Shown: positions 1 to 9,547, numbered from the stretch's first letter. The stretch: DNA of 64,000 nucleotides from an uncultured Armatimonadia bacterium (GCA_963749155.1 CAVVLO010000002.1:384001-448000); one strand, 5' to 3'. Notes: generated from the letters alone by a model not told the origin. Translations and numbers: made by a program.

Positions 1-228
1 GGACAACTCGACGACAGCTCCAGGATGGAGTTGCAGGACTTCAGCCACTAGCATCCTGGCGCGCCCAAGTTCGACAATTACTTCAACTGGGACATCGAGG
101 ATTAATTCCAAATCTGGCCCATTTACTGGCTGTGCTGCGGCCGTTGGTGCGTTGCCAGCAGTTCTGCTTGATTCTGCAGGGGCTGGTTGAGGCGGTTGTA
201 GTGGCTCCTCTGGATTGAAAGTCTCCAT
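1..228 (-). CDS. fliN: Flagellar motor switch protein FliN (5' part; runs off window start)
   Basis: Hand-translated from ATG at 228 (GGAGGG SD upstream): METFNPEEP...DLELILDVPVEVIVELGRARMLVAEVLQLHPGAVVELS, a FliN/SpoA motif. Directly downstream of fliM. Not in the ORF track. Confidence 0.88.
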   Translation of the reverse strand, partial: METFNPEEPLQPPQPAPAESSRTAGNAPTAAAQPVNGPDLELILDVPVEVIVELGRARMLVAEVLQLHPGAVVELS

Positions 229-252
229 CAGACACCCTCCTTGCCTGGCGAC

Positions 253-1263
253 CTAAACGCCAGGTGTTTTACTAACTTCTTGGGAAATGGCGACTGCAAT
301 ATGGTCGCCCTTAATTCCCGGCGTGCCGATAAACTTCAATCGACCTGCCACCCTCAGTTCTACCGAAGGCACCTCCGGCTGAGCTCTCAGGGGAAGCACC
401 TGACCGAGTTGCAATTGGCTAAGCCGCAGCAGCGTCAGTTCCATAGCGGGGAAACGCGCGACCGTTTCGATGCGCGAAAGTGACAGGTTGGCGGCCATCT
501 CGTGAGGTGAACCTTCATCTTCACTGACCTGAGCAGCCTCCCACAGCCTGCCGCTAAGCTGCTGAGCCAGGGGTTTGAGAGACACGTAGGGCACACACAG
601 CGCCATTCCTGAGGGAAAATCGCGCACTCTATACATCATTGGAACGACAACTACACTTTCAGAATGAGGGTAGATCTGTGCGAGTTCAATATCGGTCTCT
701 ACACTGACTACCTTGAGCTCAAGGGGGATGATGTGACGCCAGAGTTCCTGTAAGGTGGCCAGTGCTCGTTGGATTAGACGATTCACAAGTGCAAGTTCGA
801 TTTCACTCGGAGGACGATCAATATAATCAGGCTCATGCCCCGGCCCCCCCAGTAGCCTGTCTACAGCCATCAATATCATGCTGTGGCTAAGCTGAAGAAC
901 CCAGCGTTTACGCAATCCATGGCTTTCGAGGACATAAAGCACACTGGGTTGTAGAGAGGTAACAAAGCTGCTGTAGGTAAGCTGCTCTGCCTCCCGGCTT
1001 TCACCAGTAACTGGTACCCGAAGTAAAGCGGACAACACCAGCGAATACTGCCTGGCGAAATGATCCATCACAGTACGAAGCCCGCGCAACTGCTCCTTTG
1101 AAAGGCGATCTGACCGCTTGAAATCATACAATTTGACAGAGCGCTGACTTAGTTCGCGAGCATCGCTGCCATGAATCTGGCTAGCTACTGGCTCAGGTTC
1201 GCTCACAGCACTGAGCGAACTCAAAAGCGACTCGATCTCATTTTGCGAAAGGATGTCGCTCAT
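253..1263 (-). CDS. fliM: Flagellar motor switch protein FliM
   Basis: N-terminal CheY-binding peptide LSQNEIESLL, YDFKRSDRLSKEQLR motif, C-terminal SpoA-like domain. Confidence 0.95.
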   Translation of the reverse strand: MSDILSQNEIESLLSSLSAVSEPEPVASQIHGSDARELSQRSVKLYDFKRSDRLSKEQLRGLRTVMDHFARQYSLVLSALLRVPVTGESREAEQLTYSSFVTSLQPSVLYVLESHGLRKRWVLQLSHSMILMAVDRLLGGPGHEPDYIDRPPSEIELALVNRLIQRALATLQELWRHIIPLELKVVSVETDIELAQIYPHSESVVVVPMMYRVRDFPSGMALCVPYVSLKPLAQQLSGRLWEAAQVSEDEGSPHEMAANLSLSRIETVARFPAMELTLLRLSQLQLGQVLPLRAQPEVPSVELRVAGRLKFIGTPGIKGDHIAVAISQEVSKTPGV

Positions 1264-1307
1264 CCTGGCGGCTCCGGCTTAGAGTAATGGTCTCCTCTAA
1301 TACCGTG

Positions 1308-1323
1308 TGCAAGAAACGTGCCA
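1308..1323 (-). promoter_or_regulatory. Sigma54 (-24/-12) promoter for fliM-fliN
   Basis: Minus strand TGGCACGTTTCTTGCA, matching TGGCAC-N5-TTGCA, in the fliL-fliM intergenic gap. Confidence 0.85.
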
Positions 1324-1361
1324 GAAAGTCCGACCAACAGTCCTTTTCACAAAAACTACGC

Positions 1362-1907
1362 CTATTGCATTGCAAAGTTGGGGAAGAACACCTCTAGCAA
1401 CTTGCCCTCACCCAGAATCTTATTGACTCTTTCCACTGTTGCTTTCTTAAAACGCTCTTTGCCCTCAGATGAGAGTAGCTCCTCGAAGGTGAATTGGCAT
1501 GCAACCATAACTACTGCATCACTCACAACTGCCGAAAGCTCATCTGCCCCCTCTCCACCGCCCCCACCATGCCCACCACCTTCAGGCTTTTCACCAGCGA
1601 CCTTAACAGCCAGTTGAAGCTGAGCATATCTGGGACTACCACTATCAGCCAGGTTCACTGTGATTTTCTCGGGCAGGTTTACAATATATCCAGCTTCACC
1701 TGGCTCTTCCCCCTCAGCCCCGTTGCCTTCATGGGTGGCTTCACCACTCTCGGCGGCTTCTGCCTGAGAGGCTGCCGGTTCTTTACTCCCGAACAGACTC
1801 TTCTTGGCAAAAAAACCTCCAGCCCCGAGCAAGCAAAGCAATACAACAATAATGATAATCATTGGGGGCTTTTTTTTCGGTGCTGGTTCTTGCTCCGTCT
1901 CGCTCAT
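1362..1907 (-). CDS. fliL: Flagellar basal body protein FliL
   Basis: N-terminal TM after KKK, ITVNLAD..RYAQL, EELLSSEGKE, VFFPNFAMQ C-terminus. Upstream of fliM. Confidence 0.92.
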   Translation of the reverse strand: MSETEQEPAPKKKPPMIIIIVVLLCLLGAGGFFAKKSLFGSKEPAASQAEAAESGEATHEGNGAEGEEPGEAGYIVNLPEKITVNLADSGSPRYAQLQLAVKVAGEKPEGGGHGGGGGEGADELSAVVSDAVVMVACQFTFEELLSSEGKERFKKATVERVNKILGEGKLLEVFFPNFAMQ

Positions 1908-1930
1908 ACTGCCTTCACCTCAGCGGCAAT

Positions 1931-2626
1931 CTACTCACTCTCAGCCCTGGCTGCTTCCAGCCAGTTGTGACATGCGGCTCTTCCTCTGCCACAAGCGATC
2001 ATACATAACAGTGCCCCATACCTTGGAACTGCAGCCATTAGACGATAGCCTGCCGCTCGAAAGCTGTTGATATGTGGCAAGGTATCTATCAAAACCAGGA
2101 AAACCAGGGCTACAAGCCCTAGAGGGAGAGCTTCTCTGGGAGCTATCTCCGGCCACATCAGGAGTACCCCACACCTCAACAGTTCGGCCATCAAAGCCAT
2201 TCGCGCTGCCGTCAGACTGGCCAGGATGCCTGAATCTAGCCTTGCCAAAGCCTCATGCATTTTAGAATCAAGGGCTAACTGGATCTCATCTCCCGAGCTG
2301 CCAGCACTGAGCAATAGCAAACCACTGCGTGCAACCGGATCAGAAAACTCATTCACTTTATCCTCGAGTGAAAAAAGCCCTTTGATTCTGGCATGCCTTG
2401 CCGCGGCAAGCAGACTGCCATATGTGCCTTCCAGAGCTGCATCTGTACTACGCGCTGCCGTCTCGCGAGCAATACTAACAGAATGTCGTCCCAGGCCAAG
2501 CCCAACGAGCCAAACAACCGGTACACAGCTAGCAGCAGAATAGAGGGCAATTTCTGACAATCCGGCAGCCCATCCAGCCGCAATCGAAAAGCCAACAGCG
2601 ATGACTGCAATCAGAAGACTCCTCAC
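1931..2626 (-). CDS. Highly divergent MotA-like membrane protein
   Basis: ARHARIKGLFSLED..FSDPVARSGLLLL resembles the MotA cytoplasmic loop, and the gene sits at the flbD-motA position. TM3/TM4 signature residues are absent. Confidence 0.6.
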   Translation of the reverse strand: MRSLLIAVIAVGFSIAAGWAAGLSEIALYSAASCVPVVWLVGLGLGRHSVSIARETAARSTDAALEGTYGSLLAAARHARIKGLFSLEDKVNEFSDPVARSGLLLLSAGSSGDEIQLALDSKMHEALARLDSGILASLTAARMALMAELLRCGVLLMWPEIAPREALPLGLVALVFLVLIDTLPHINSFRAAGYRLMAAVPRYGALLCMIACGRGRAACHNWLEAARAESE

Positions 2627-2862
2627 GAGTCCTCACTCCCAACAACCTGCCCAGGCACTGAGCCGTCGACAAGCAGCATCGGGGTCATCAGTCTCCGCCG
2701 AAACTCGATCACTCGCCTGACTACCTCCTCGGCCGACTCCATAACAGGCAAACGAGTTCCATTACCGAGTCCAACTACTGTGTTGGGACAGCATTCAATA
2801 CGTTCTATATGATCACTATTCACAATGAGTTTGGAGCCATCAGCCTTGGTTAACTCGATCAT
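2623..2862 (-). CDS. flbD: Flagellar FlbD-family protein
   Basis: MIELTKADG..VNSDHIERIE..PNTVV.L.NG..V.ES.EEV pattern. Follows flgE. Confidence 0.9.
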   Translation of the reverse strand: MIELTKADGSKLIVNSDHIERIECCPNTVVGLGNGTRLPVMESAEEVVRRVIEFRRRLMTPMLLVDGSVPGQVVGSEDS

Positions 2863-2869
2863 TAGTCCT

Positions 2870-2893
2870 GGAGGGGCGCCGCAGCGCCCCTCC
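2870..2893. other. GC-rich stem-loop after flgE (no U-tract)
   Basis: GGAGGGGCGC-CGCA-GCGCCCCTCC, perfect 10-bp inverted repeat. Confidence 0.7.
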
Positions 2894-2902
2894 TCACCTC
2901 GC

Positions 2903-4144
2903 TTAACGCTTCATACTCATTAGCTCTTGCAGGATCTGGTCGGTTGCTGTAACGACACGAGAGTTGGCTTGAAAACCTCGCTGAGCAATGATCATCTGCG
3001 AAAATTCTCGCGCCATATCGACGTTTGACATCTCCAGCATACCCGCGAACAGCTGACCCCGGTCGCCACTTGCTGGCTCTCCGATGCTTGGATCACCTGA
3101 AGCTGTACTCGCGTAGTAGAGGTTGTTTCCCTCTCTGACAAGGCCCGATGGGTTTGTGAAACTGGCCATCGCTATCTGGCCAAGTATTCTTGTCAGTCCA
3201 TTACTGAAAGTGCCCGTAATAGTTCCATCTGATGCTATCTGGAAGTCCTGCAAAGAACCGGGAGGAGCCCCATCCTGATAGGCTACAAGCACCTCCGAAT
3301 CTCCATACATCTGTTGTACTGATCCAAAGTTGAGAGTTACAGCCTGAGGTGACTGTGCCCCATTAGTCAGGTTCAGAGTTATGGTGCCGGTCGCTCCGAC
3401 TGCACTTCCTTCCGAGTCAAAGACCAGCGTCCCCGATCCCACAGTGGTGCTAGTCTCATCAACAGCAGACCAGGACCAGGAATTGGCAGCGACGTCTTTG
3501 GTGAAGGTAATATCTACTGGATGGGCCATCCCAAGGGAGTCATACACCACGCTCGTACTCGAAGTTATCCCACCAGTGGCAGGAGGCCCAGCACTGTAAG
3601 TGGCTGCACCAGCATTGAGGTTACCTCCACAGCGTATTTCACTCGTCAGCCGTGATATCTGCATGGAGGTCATCGGCAACTGGATATCACTGATTTGCTG
3701 GTGGGTATCAAGCACTCCATCGGTTGCAAGCCAGCCTTGCAGCTTGAGCCCAGTTGACCCGTTGGAGATATACCCTTCAGGATCGACTGATAAAGACCCA
3801 TCTCTGCTATATGTATATCCATTGCCTTGGCGGAAAATCAGCAGGCCATTGCCCTGGATTGCGATGTCGGTTGTCTTATCCGTCGACATCAGTTGTCCCT
3901 GGGTCAAATCAACCGAGATACTACCCGGTATCACGCCCAGGCCAACTTGCATTGGATTTATGGCTCCTCTGTCCCCTCCTGGCAACTGGGCTGGGCGTAT
4001 GGTCTGACTGATCATGTCTTGAAAGGTCATGCTGCCAGATTTGAAACCTGTGGTATTTACATTGGCGATGTTGTTCGCGATGACATCGAGCATCATCTGG
4101 TGTCCCGACAGGGACGCAACACTTGAAAAAAGCGCTCTAAGCAA
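2903..4144 (-). CDS. flgE: Flagellar hook protein FlgE (TTG start)
   Basis: DVIANNIANVNTTGFK, YDSLG D2 motif, LEMSNVDMAREFSQMIIAQRGFQANSRV. Confidence 0.96.
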   Translation of the reverse strand: MLRALFSSVASLSGHQMMLDVIANNIANVNTTGFKSGSMTFQDMISQTIRPAQLPGGDRGAINPMQVGLGVIPGSISVDLTQGQLMSTDKTTDIAIQGNGLLIFRQGNGYTYSRDGSLSVDPEGYISNGSTGLKLQGWLATDGVLDTHQQISDIQLPMTSMQISRLTSEIRCGGNLNAGAATYSAGPPATGGITSSTSVVYDSLGMAHPVDITFTKDVAANSWSWSAVDETSTTVGSGTLVFDSEGSAVGATGTITLNLTNGAQSPQAVTLNFGSVQQMYGDSEVLVAYQDGAPPGSLQDFQIASDGTITGTFSNGLTRILGQIAMASFTNPSGLVREGNNLYYASTASGDPSIGEPASGDRGQLFAGMLEMSNVDMAREFSQMIIAQRGFQANSRVVTATDQILQELMSMKR

Positions 4145-4158
4145 TTTACTCCCTCCTT

Positions 4159-4212
4159 AGGCCTTCCTGTTCAGGCCTGTGTCTGAGGGCCTCTCCTATG
4201 GAGACCAGCCCT
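4159..4212 (-). promoter_or_regulatory. Structured flgE leader: GG-bulged hairpin plus GGA-loop hairpin
   Basis: GGGCT-GG-TCTCC-ATA-GGAGA-GGCCC (4187-4211), then AGGCCT-GAACAGGA-AGGCCT (4159-4178) immediately before SD AAGGAGG. Confidence 0.6.
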
Positions 4213-4588
4213 ATGCGATTACAGCACTGTCTATGTTGGTAAAAACACGCCCTCCACTCTCACCTGCGGGAAGCACAGTTACCAAAGTGCTATCTTTGAT
4301 GCTTGCTATCACGGCAAGCTCATCCACCATTATCAGTGACTGCTTCGCGCCTTTAGCTCTCGCCGACTCTACGGCTTGCTGTATACGGCCCATTGTCTGA
4401 TCGGTAAGAGCCACTTCTCGTTGTTCGATGCGTTCCCGAAAATGGCCAGATAGCTTCAAGTGGCCATCTCGCTGCTGCAGTTGTTGTGCAAGCAGGTCTC
4501 GGAATTGCTGAGACTGCAGGTTGCTCTCGGTTGCTTGGGTCTGACTTGCAGTAGTCGTCGAATCAGTTGTAATCGAGTTAATTCTCAT
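4211..4588 (-). CDS. Flagellar operon protein, TIGR02530-like
   Basis: LKLSGHFRERIEQR, KGAKQSL, TLVTV, VFTNIDSAVI C-terminus. Located between flgD and flgE. Confidence 0.85.
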   Translation of the reverse strand: MRINSITTDSTTTASQTQATESNLQSQQFRDLLAQQLQQRDGHLKLSGHFRERIEQREVALTDQTMGRIQQAVESARAKGAKQSLIMVDELAVIASIKDSTLVTVLPAGESGGRVFTNIDSAVIA

Positions 4589-4590
4589 GT

Positions 4591-4983
4591 CTAGCTCACC
4601 CCTGCCAGGTCATCCAGTGAGTAGTCTGTCCCATCTACCTGCAGCTGGATTTTTTTGTCTTCATCGACCAGTACCGAATCGACTGTTCCAGTTACAGAAC
4701 TGCCTGAGACATCGAAGGTCACTTCTCGACCTATTAAGGCCGATGCTGTCAACAGTCCCATCTGGGTTGAGCTCGCTGCAACCTGGTCACTAACAGTCTG
4801 GACTGCGCTGACTTCAAACAGCATCGCCAGCTGAGCTGCAAACTCGGATTGATCCATTGCTGCAGTAGGATCTTGATTCTTGAGCTGCAGTAGCAGTAGA
4901 TTCAAGAATTGGTCTGTGTCGAAAGTAAGCTTTGCATTGTCTGTCGCAGTTGTAGTTGTTGTCCTGGTAACGCTCTCTACCAT
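4591..4983 (-). CDS. flgD: Hook capping protein FlgD
   Basis: DQFLNLLLLQLKNQDPT..MD..EF..QLA, ASALIGREV. Confidence 0.93.
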   Translation of the reverse strand: MVESVTRTTTTTATDNAKLTFDTDQFLNLLLLQLKNQDPTAAMDQSEFAAQLAMLFEVSAVQTVSDQVAASSTQMGLLTASALIGREVTFDVSGSSVTGTVDSVLVDEDKKIQLQVDGTDYSLDDLAGVS

Positions 4984-4997
4984 TGGGTTTTCACCTC

Positions 4998-7278
4998 CTA
5001 TGCAAAAGTGTCCAGTAATGAATCTGCCTGTAACCCAAGTTCACTTGGCAAATTATTCGCCTCGTCAACAAACTGACTGGGCGGTCGATGATGTCCGCCT
5101 TGCTCGCCAAAAGTCTGACGTCCTTTGTCATCTGCTGCTACCTCGGCTCCAACGAAGCCACACCCAAGCTGGTCAAGTCGGTTCTGAAGCTGGCCCAGGC
5201 CCTGTTCCAGTAATCCCCGTGCCTGGTCATTGCCCGTTGAGAGCATCAAGTGTAAACCTGCCTCAGTCCTGTGAACTGACAAGCCAACTTCGCCCAAAGG
5301 TGAGTCGAGCACTACTGTCAGCGAGTCAGGTTGCCCCCGATTAATCAGGCGCAAAGCTCCGTCAGCAAGTTGGATTTCGGCTTGGGGCCAATCTACATAG
5401 GACTGGGCATCGACCGAGACCTTGCTGGATGGGAGTTTTGGCTGATTGCCAGTCGCTTGTAAGGTTTCACTAAATGCTAGCCTGGAAAGGCTGTCTGTCT
5501 CCTGTTCAACTCTCACTTCACTTGCAAGTCTGGAGTCTTTGGCAGAGAGTGATTCAACCAGTTTCCCGCTAGCAGCTTCAGCCTCTAACGTTGCCTTCAT
5601 AACCTGATGGCTTCTAGCAGTCACTGGAACCTGGTGCGATTTAGAAACACCACCAGAAGCAAGGTCTAGGCGTTCAGCCTTGTTTGTCTCGATCAGCGTT
5701 GCCGTTGATGCTGAGGCAATTGCCCGACCGGTGGAGACCACCAGAGGTATTGCCTGCTGGAGGTAGCTAGTGGATTGAACCCCAGTCATCGGTTTTGCCG
5801 CAGTGGCGGACTGGCTAACATCTGGCAATACAGGTGTGCTGGGAGCTCTCTTAACGAGATTCCCCTCACCTGTGGCCACCAAGGTTGGGACAATCTGGCC
5901 ACGTTCACCCATAATCCGAAGTGTTTTGCCTTCCAGTGGTATTTGTTCTGAGGGCAGCGCCGCAACTGACTTTGGAGGTGGATTTATTGCAAGTTCAGAC
6001 TGCATCGCTGAACTTGCTTTACCTGCTTGGCTCTTCGGCAGTCCTGCTGCCGGGGCAAAAATGCCTGTGACTGACAGTGGGCCTGGCTCAACGGCAAAAC
6101 TCAACTGAGTGGCAGCAGGTTGCTTAACCGGTTGGGCATCCACTTGCTGAAACAGTCGTCCGGTTATCGGTAGAGTTTTTTCAAAGCTAGTGGCATCTCT
6201 TGAAGAGACCTTAAACTCTGACGCTAGATGGTACCTGGTCGCAGCTAGTGGTCCCTCCTCTTGCCGGCCAGCCTGCCCGTATAGCTGGGGCCGCTCTACC
6301 TGGCCTATTGATTGGAGCTGTGAGCTAGCGGCTTGTGCCCTTCGGCCAACTGGAACGGGTTGCTCTACCCCAGGCTCTGTGGCAATTTTGCTCACACCGG
6401 TTGTGGTAGCAATTTCCTGCACCTGGCTCGCCAAGACCTGTCTAGCTAACAGACTCTTTTCTTTGTGTATAAGGTCAAGTGGCGCCTGGGTCTCGATTTG
6501 GCTCTGAACACTCCTCACCAATTGCAGCATTGCCCTTATACTCATCAGGGGCTTCCTTCACAGGCTGCAAATCCAGGCCCTTCTGACTTGCTTCGTTGGC
6601 GGAGTGAGCACTCTGAGCACCTAGAGGCGCCGTCTCAGCTGAGACAAGAGCTGTCTCAACTTGCTTGCTCTGGGTGCTATTCTTACGTGTCTTGCCAAGA
6701 TCGGGGGCCTTTATCAGAGGTTCTTCGTCAGTTTGAACGAGCTTCTGGTTGGCATCTATACTAGCGGCGTTAGCAACATAAATCTGTGCTACACCGGGAT
6801 TTGCAATACACTGATTTGGCTCTGCCAAGGGGTCTGCCCCATCCAGCAAACCGGTGTCTTTGTCTGGGTGGGCATCCAACCTGGCGGTGACAACAGCCGG
6901 GTTTCTATTCACTTGTAATGGGGACTCAGGATTAGATGTAGCGACTTGAATAATGGCCTGCTTAATAGGCTTGTCATTGGACCTTGCAGGCAGCTGTACG
7001 ACCTCTTCTCCTGGCATCTTTTCGCTGGAAGCCCTTATGGGAAGTGCAGAGCCAGTAGTTTTTGTCCTTGGTAACCCAGAGCTTGGCAAAGAGGAGTTGA
7101 AGGATTGTGATTCCTGTCCTTTGCCGATCTGGATTTGGCTAGGTGCGGCTTGTGTTGCGAAGCTCTGAAGCAGAGCGCTCCACGCCTTATTCTGCGTGAC
7201 GCTCTTGCCCCCATGGCTTTTTGCCTGTCGTCCGACCTTCTGGCCGAACTCGAGCATATCGATGATGCCTTTAGCCAC
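4998..7278 (-). CDS. fliK: Hook-length control protein FliK (about 759 aa if joined; split by apparent +1 base at 6548-6551)
   Basis: Low-complexity P/Q/S/A-rich N-terminus, C-terminal T3S4-like domain (LDSPLGEVGLSV..ARGLLEQGLGQLQNRL). Removing one C from the CCCC run fuses ORFs 6475-7278 and 4998-6545 (VKEALMSIRAM). Located upstream of flgD. Confidence 0.75.
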
Positions 7279-7741
7279 TCTCTTCCTCCGGCCCGGATTG
7301 CTCAGCCATTGCTCGTATCAACCTGGCCGCTCGATCTGGGTTCATCGCATCAAGCAAACTTGCCGCACTGCGTTCTGACATCGCCTGTATCACTGCTACA
7401 ACCTCGTTATCGGTCAGTTGATCCAGAACCTTTAGGGCTTTGGTGGACTCCATTTTAGAAATCAGGGTTGCAGACTGAGAAAAATCCGGCTCTGCAGGTT
7501 CATTACTGCTGTAAGTCGCTGGCTCAAGAGGCTCCATTACCTCGGGCATAAGTTCGCTGGCTGGCTCTGCGACAGGGGTTGAGGCGGCTTCTGTCTCTGC
7601 TTCGTCAGTTTTTTCTGGCACTGGTTTGGCTTGCTGTTGAAAGACAAAATAACCTGCCGCAATCGCACCCAATATGACAATTACGAGCACCAGCATCATT
7701 GCAGAACCTGTCTCGGATCGACTTATCTCAGCCTTCATCAT
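7271..7741 (-). CDS. MotE/YlxF(FlbB)-like flagellar protein with MgtE-N-like C-terminus
   Basis: N-terminal TM; ISKMESTKALKVL..IQAMSERSAASLLDAMNPDRAARL. Located between fliJ and fliK. Confidence 0.75.
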   Translation of the reverse strand: MMKAEISRSETGSAMMLVLVIVILGAIAAGYFVFQQQAKPVPEKTDEAETEAASTPVAEPASELMPEVMEPLEPATYSSNEPAEPDFSQSATLISKMESTKALKVLDQLTDNEVVAVIQAMSERSAASLLDAMNPDRAARLIRAMAEQSGPEEESG

Positions 7742-8220
7742 TACTCGTCTCCTTCGGATGAAGGATCTCCTTGTTCAGGCCTGACAGAAAACGCCCCGAA
7801 CAATCTGCCAGTGCGTTGCATTATCAATTCATCCAGTTCCTGCTGGTCAGCTCGGGCGGTTTCCAGTCGATACTCTTCGAGTTTCCGGTCTCGCAAAGAG
7901 GTAAGACTCTCCTCTACCAAAGTCGCTTCCAGCAAGTGGTTAGTTTGTCGCTCTAGAACCTCGGAAGTCTGCAAGGCCTGGTTTCGCGCCAAAGTGGAGC
8001 GGTTTTCCGCAAGCGGTAGCAACCAGCGCGCAGGGAGTGCCCCAGAGGTATCGTTTGCAACCTGAAGGGATAACTCAGCAGTTTGAACCTGACTTCTCTC
8101 TAAGCTTGCCTGGGCGGCGCGCTCTTTGGCGGCGGCGGCAGCGTATTCCAGCTCGGCCTGGCGCTTTTCCTGTTCACGAAGCCGCAATAGACGATGCAAC
8201 CTGAACTCAAACCTGCCCAT
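7741..8220 (-). CDS. fliJ: Flagellar export protein FliJ
   Basis: RFEFRLHRLLRLRE N-terminus, coiled coil, DQQELDE. Follows fliI. Confidence 0.9.
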   Translation of the reverse strand: MGRFEFRLHRLLRLREQEKRQAELEYAAAAAKERAAQASLERSQVQTAELSLQVANDTSGALPARWLLPLAENRSTLARNQALQTSEVLERQTNHLLEATLVEESLTSLRDRKLEEYRLETARADQQELDELIMQRTGRLFGAFSVRPEQGDPSSEGDE

Positions 8221-9547
8221 ACTCGACTCCTTCAGATTGATCTAAAAGCCGAAGGAGCGACTCTCTCGTCTGAGAAAACTCACCTGGTTCATCTGGCCGT
8301 TGCCTGAGAAAGGCTTCCAGGGGGGGCATCAGCGCAACTGCCCTGTCAAGAGAAGGGTCTCCCCCAGTTGAATAGGCGCCGATACGAATTAAATCTTCCG
8401 CATCTTTATATTCGGCAAGCGCTCGTCTCAGCTCGCCAGCCACCTCCAGATGCTCTTTGGAGACAACTGCATCCATCACACGCGAGACGCTCTGTAGCAC
8501 ATCGACAGCGGGATAATGGTTACGATGAGCCAGAGCTCTGCTAAGGGTGATATGACCATCCAAAATGCTGCGAGCCAGGTCGGCCACTGGATCATTCATA
8601 TCATCGCCCTCAACAAGGACGGTATAAAGCGCCGTAATTGAACCTTTCGCCCCTGGCCCTGCGCGTTCGAGCAAGCGTGGCATAAGTGAAAACAAAGAAG
8701 GCACATGCCCTTTGCTGGCAGGGGGCTCTCCTGCAGCCAGGCCGATCTCTCTTTGAGCCAGCGCAACTCGGGTAAGTGAATCGAGCATCAACAGCACGTG
8801 TTGCCCCTGATCTCGAAAATACTCGGCCAGAGTTGTAGCCACATAGGCCGCGCGCAATCTGACCAAGGGCGGTTCATCTGAAGTGGCTACGACAACAACA
8901 GCGCGCCTGGCTCCCTCGGCCAGGTCTCTCTCGATAAACTCGCGCACCTCGCGTCCACGTTCACCTACCAGCCCAACGACAACAACATCCGCCTTGGCTC
9001 GGGCTGCTATCATCCCCATCAACACGCTCTTCCCCACGCCTGAACCCGCAAAAATGCCAAGCCTTTGCCCCTTGCCACAGGTTACGAAGCCATCAAGGGC
9101 TCTGACGCCTAGGGGTAAAGGTTCTGTAATCCGTTGGCGGGAAAGTGCTGGCGGCGCCTTGGCCTCCACTGGGAGCTCGCACAAGCCAGGCAGTGACTTC
9201 CCATCGAGGGGACGACCGAGTCCATCGACCACTCGGCCGATCAGTTCTGGCCCAACTCTGATGGTCATAGGCCTGCCAAGCGCCTCGATTTCATTGCCAG
9301 GAGCAAGTTGCGCTGCGTCTCCCAAAGGCATTACCAACACCTGACCTGAATCGAAACCTACGACCTCAGCCGCCAGTATGCGCCCGTCAGAAAGGGTGAT
9401 TTTGCAAAGCTCACCCAGGCTGGCTCGTGGTCCCCGGCATCTGACCAGAGCGCCTGTGATGCCAGAAACTCGGCCGGTAATACGCACTAACCGGCAGTTT
9501 GCTAGCTGGGCTCGAGTTCTATCTAGCAGGGGATGACTCACTGTCAC
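8207..9547 (-). CDS. fliI: Flagellar export ATPase FliI
   Basis: Walker A AGSGVGKS, GERGREV, LLMLDSLTR, DGHITLSR. Confidence 0.97.
   Translation of the reverse strand: MTVSHPLLDRTRAQLANCRLVRITGRVSGITGALVRCRGPRASLGELCKITLSDGRILAAEVVGFDSGQVLVMPLGDAAQLAPGNEIEALGRPMTIRVGPELIGRVVDGLGRPLDGKSLPGLCELPVEAKAPPALSRQRITEPLPLGVRALDGFVTCGKGQRLGIFAGSGVGKSVLMGMIAARAKADVVVVGLVGERGREVREFIERDLAEGARRAVVVVATSDEPPLVRLRAAYVATTLAEYFRDQGQHVLLMLDSLTRVALAQREIGLAAGEPPASKGHVPSLFSLMPRLLERAGPGAKGSITALYTVLVEGDDMNDPVADLARSILDGHITLSRALAHRNHYPAVDVLQSVSRVMDAVVSKEHLEVAGELRRALAEYKDAEDLIRIGAYSTGGDPSLDRAVALMPPLEAFLRQRPDEPGEFSQTRESLLRLLDQSEGVEYGQV

Noticed and set aside
6548..6551. Phase variation or programmed frameshifting at the four split genes
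   Set aside because: Runs are only 2-4 nt, no slippery heptamer is visible, and the genes are functionally unrelated. Sequencing error is more parsimonious.
6475..7278. Separate 267-aa hypothetical gene
   Set aside because: Better explained as the N-terminus of frameshifted fliK.
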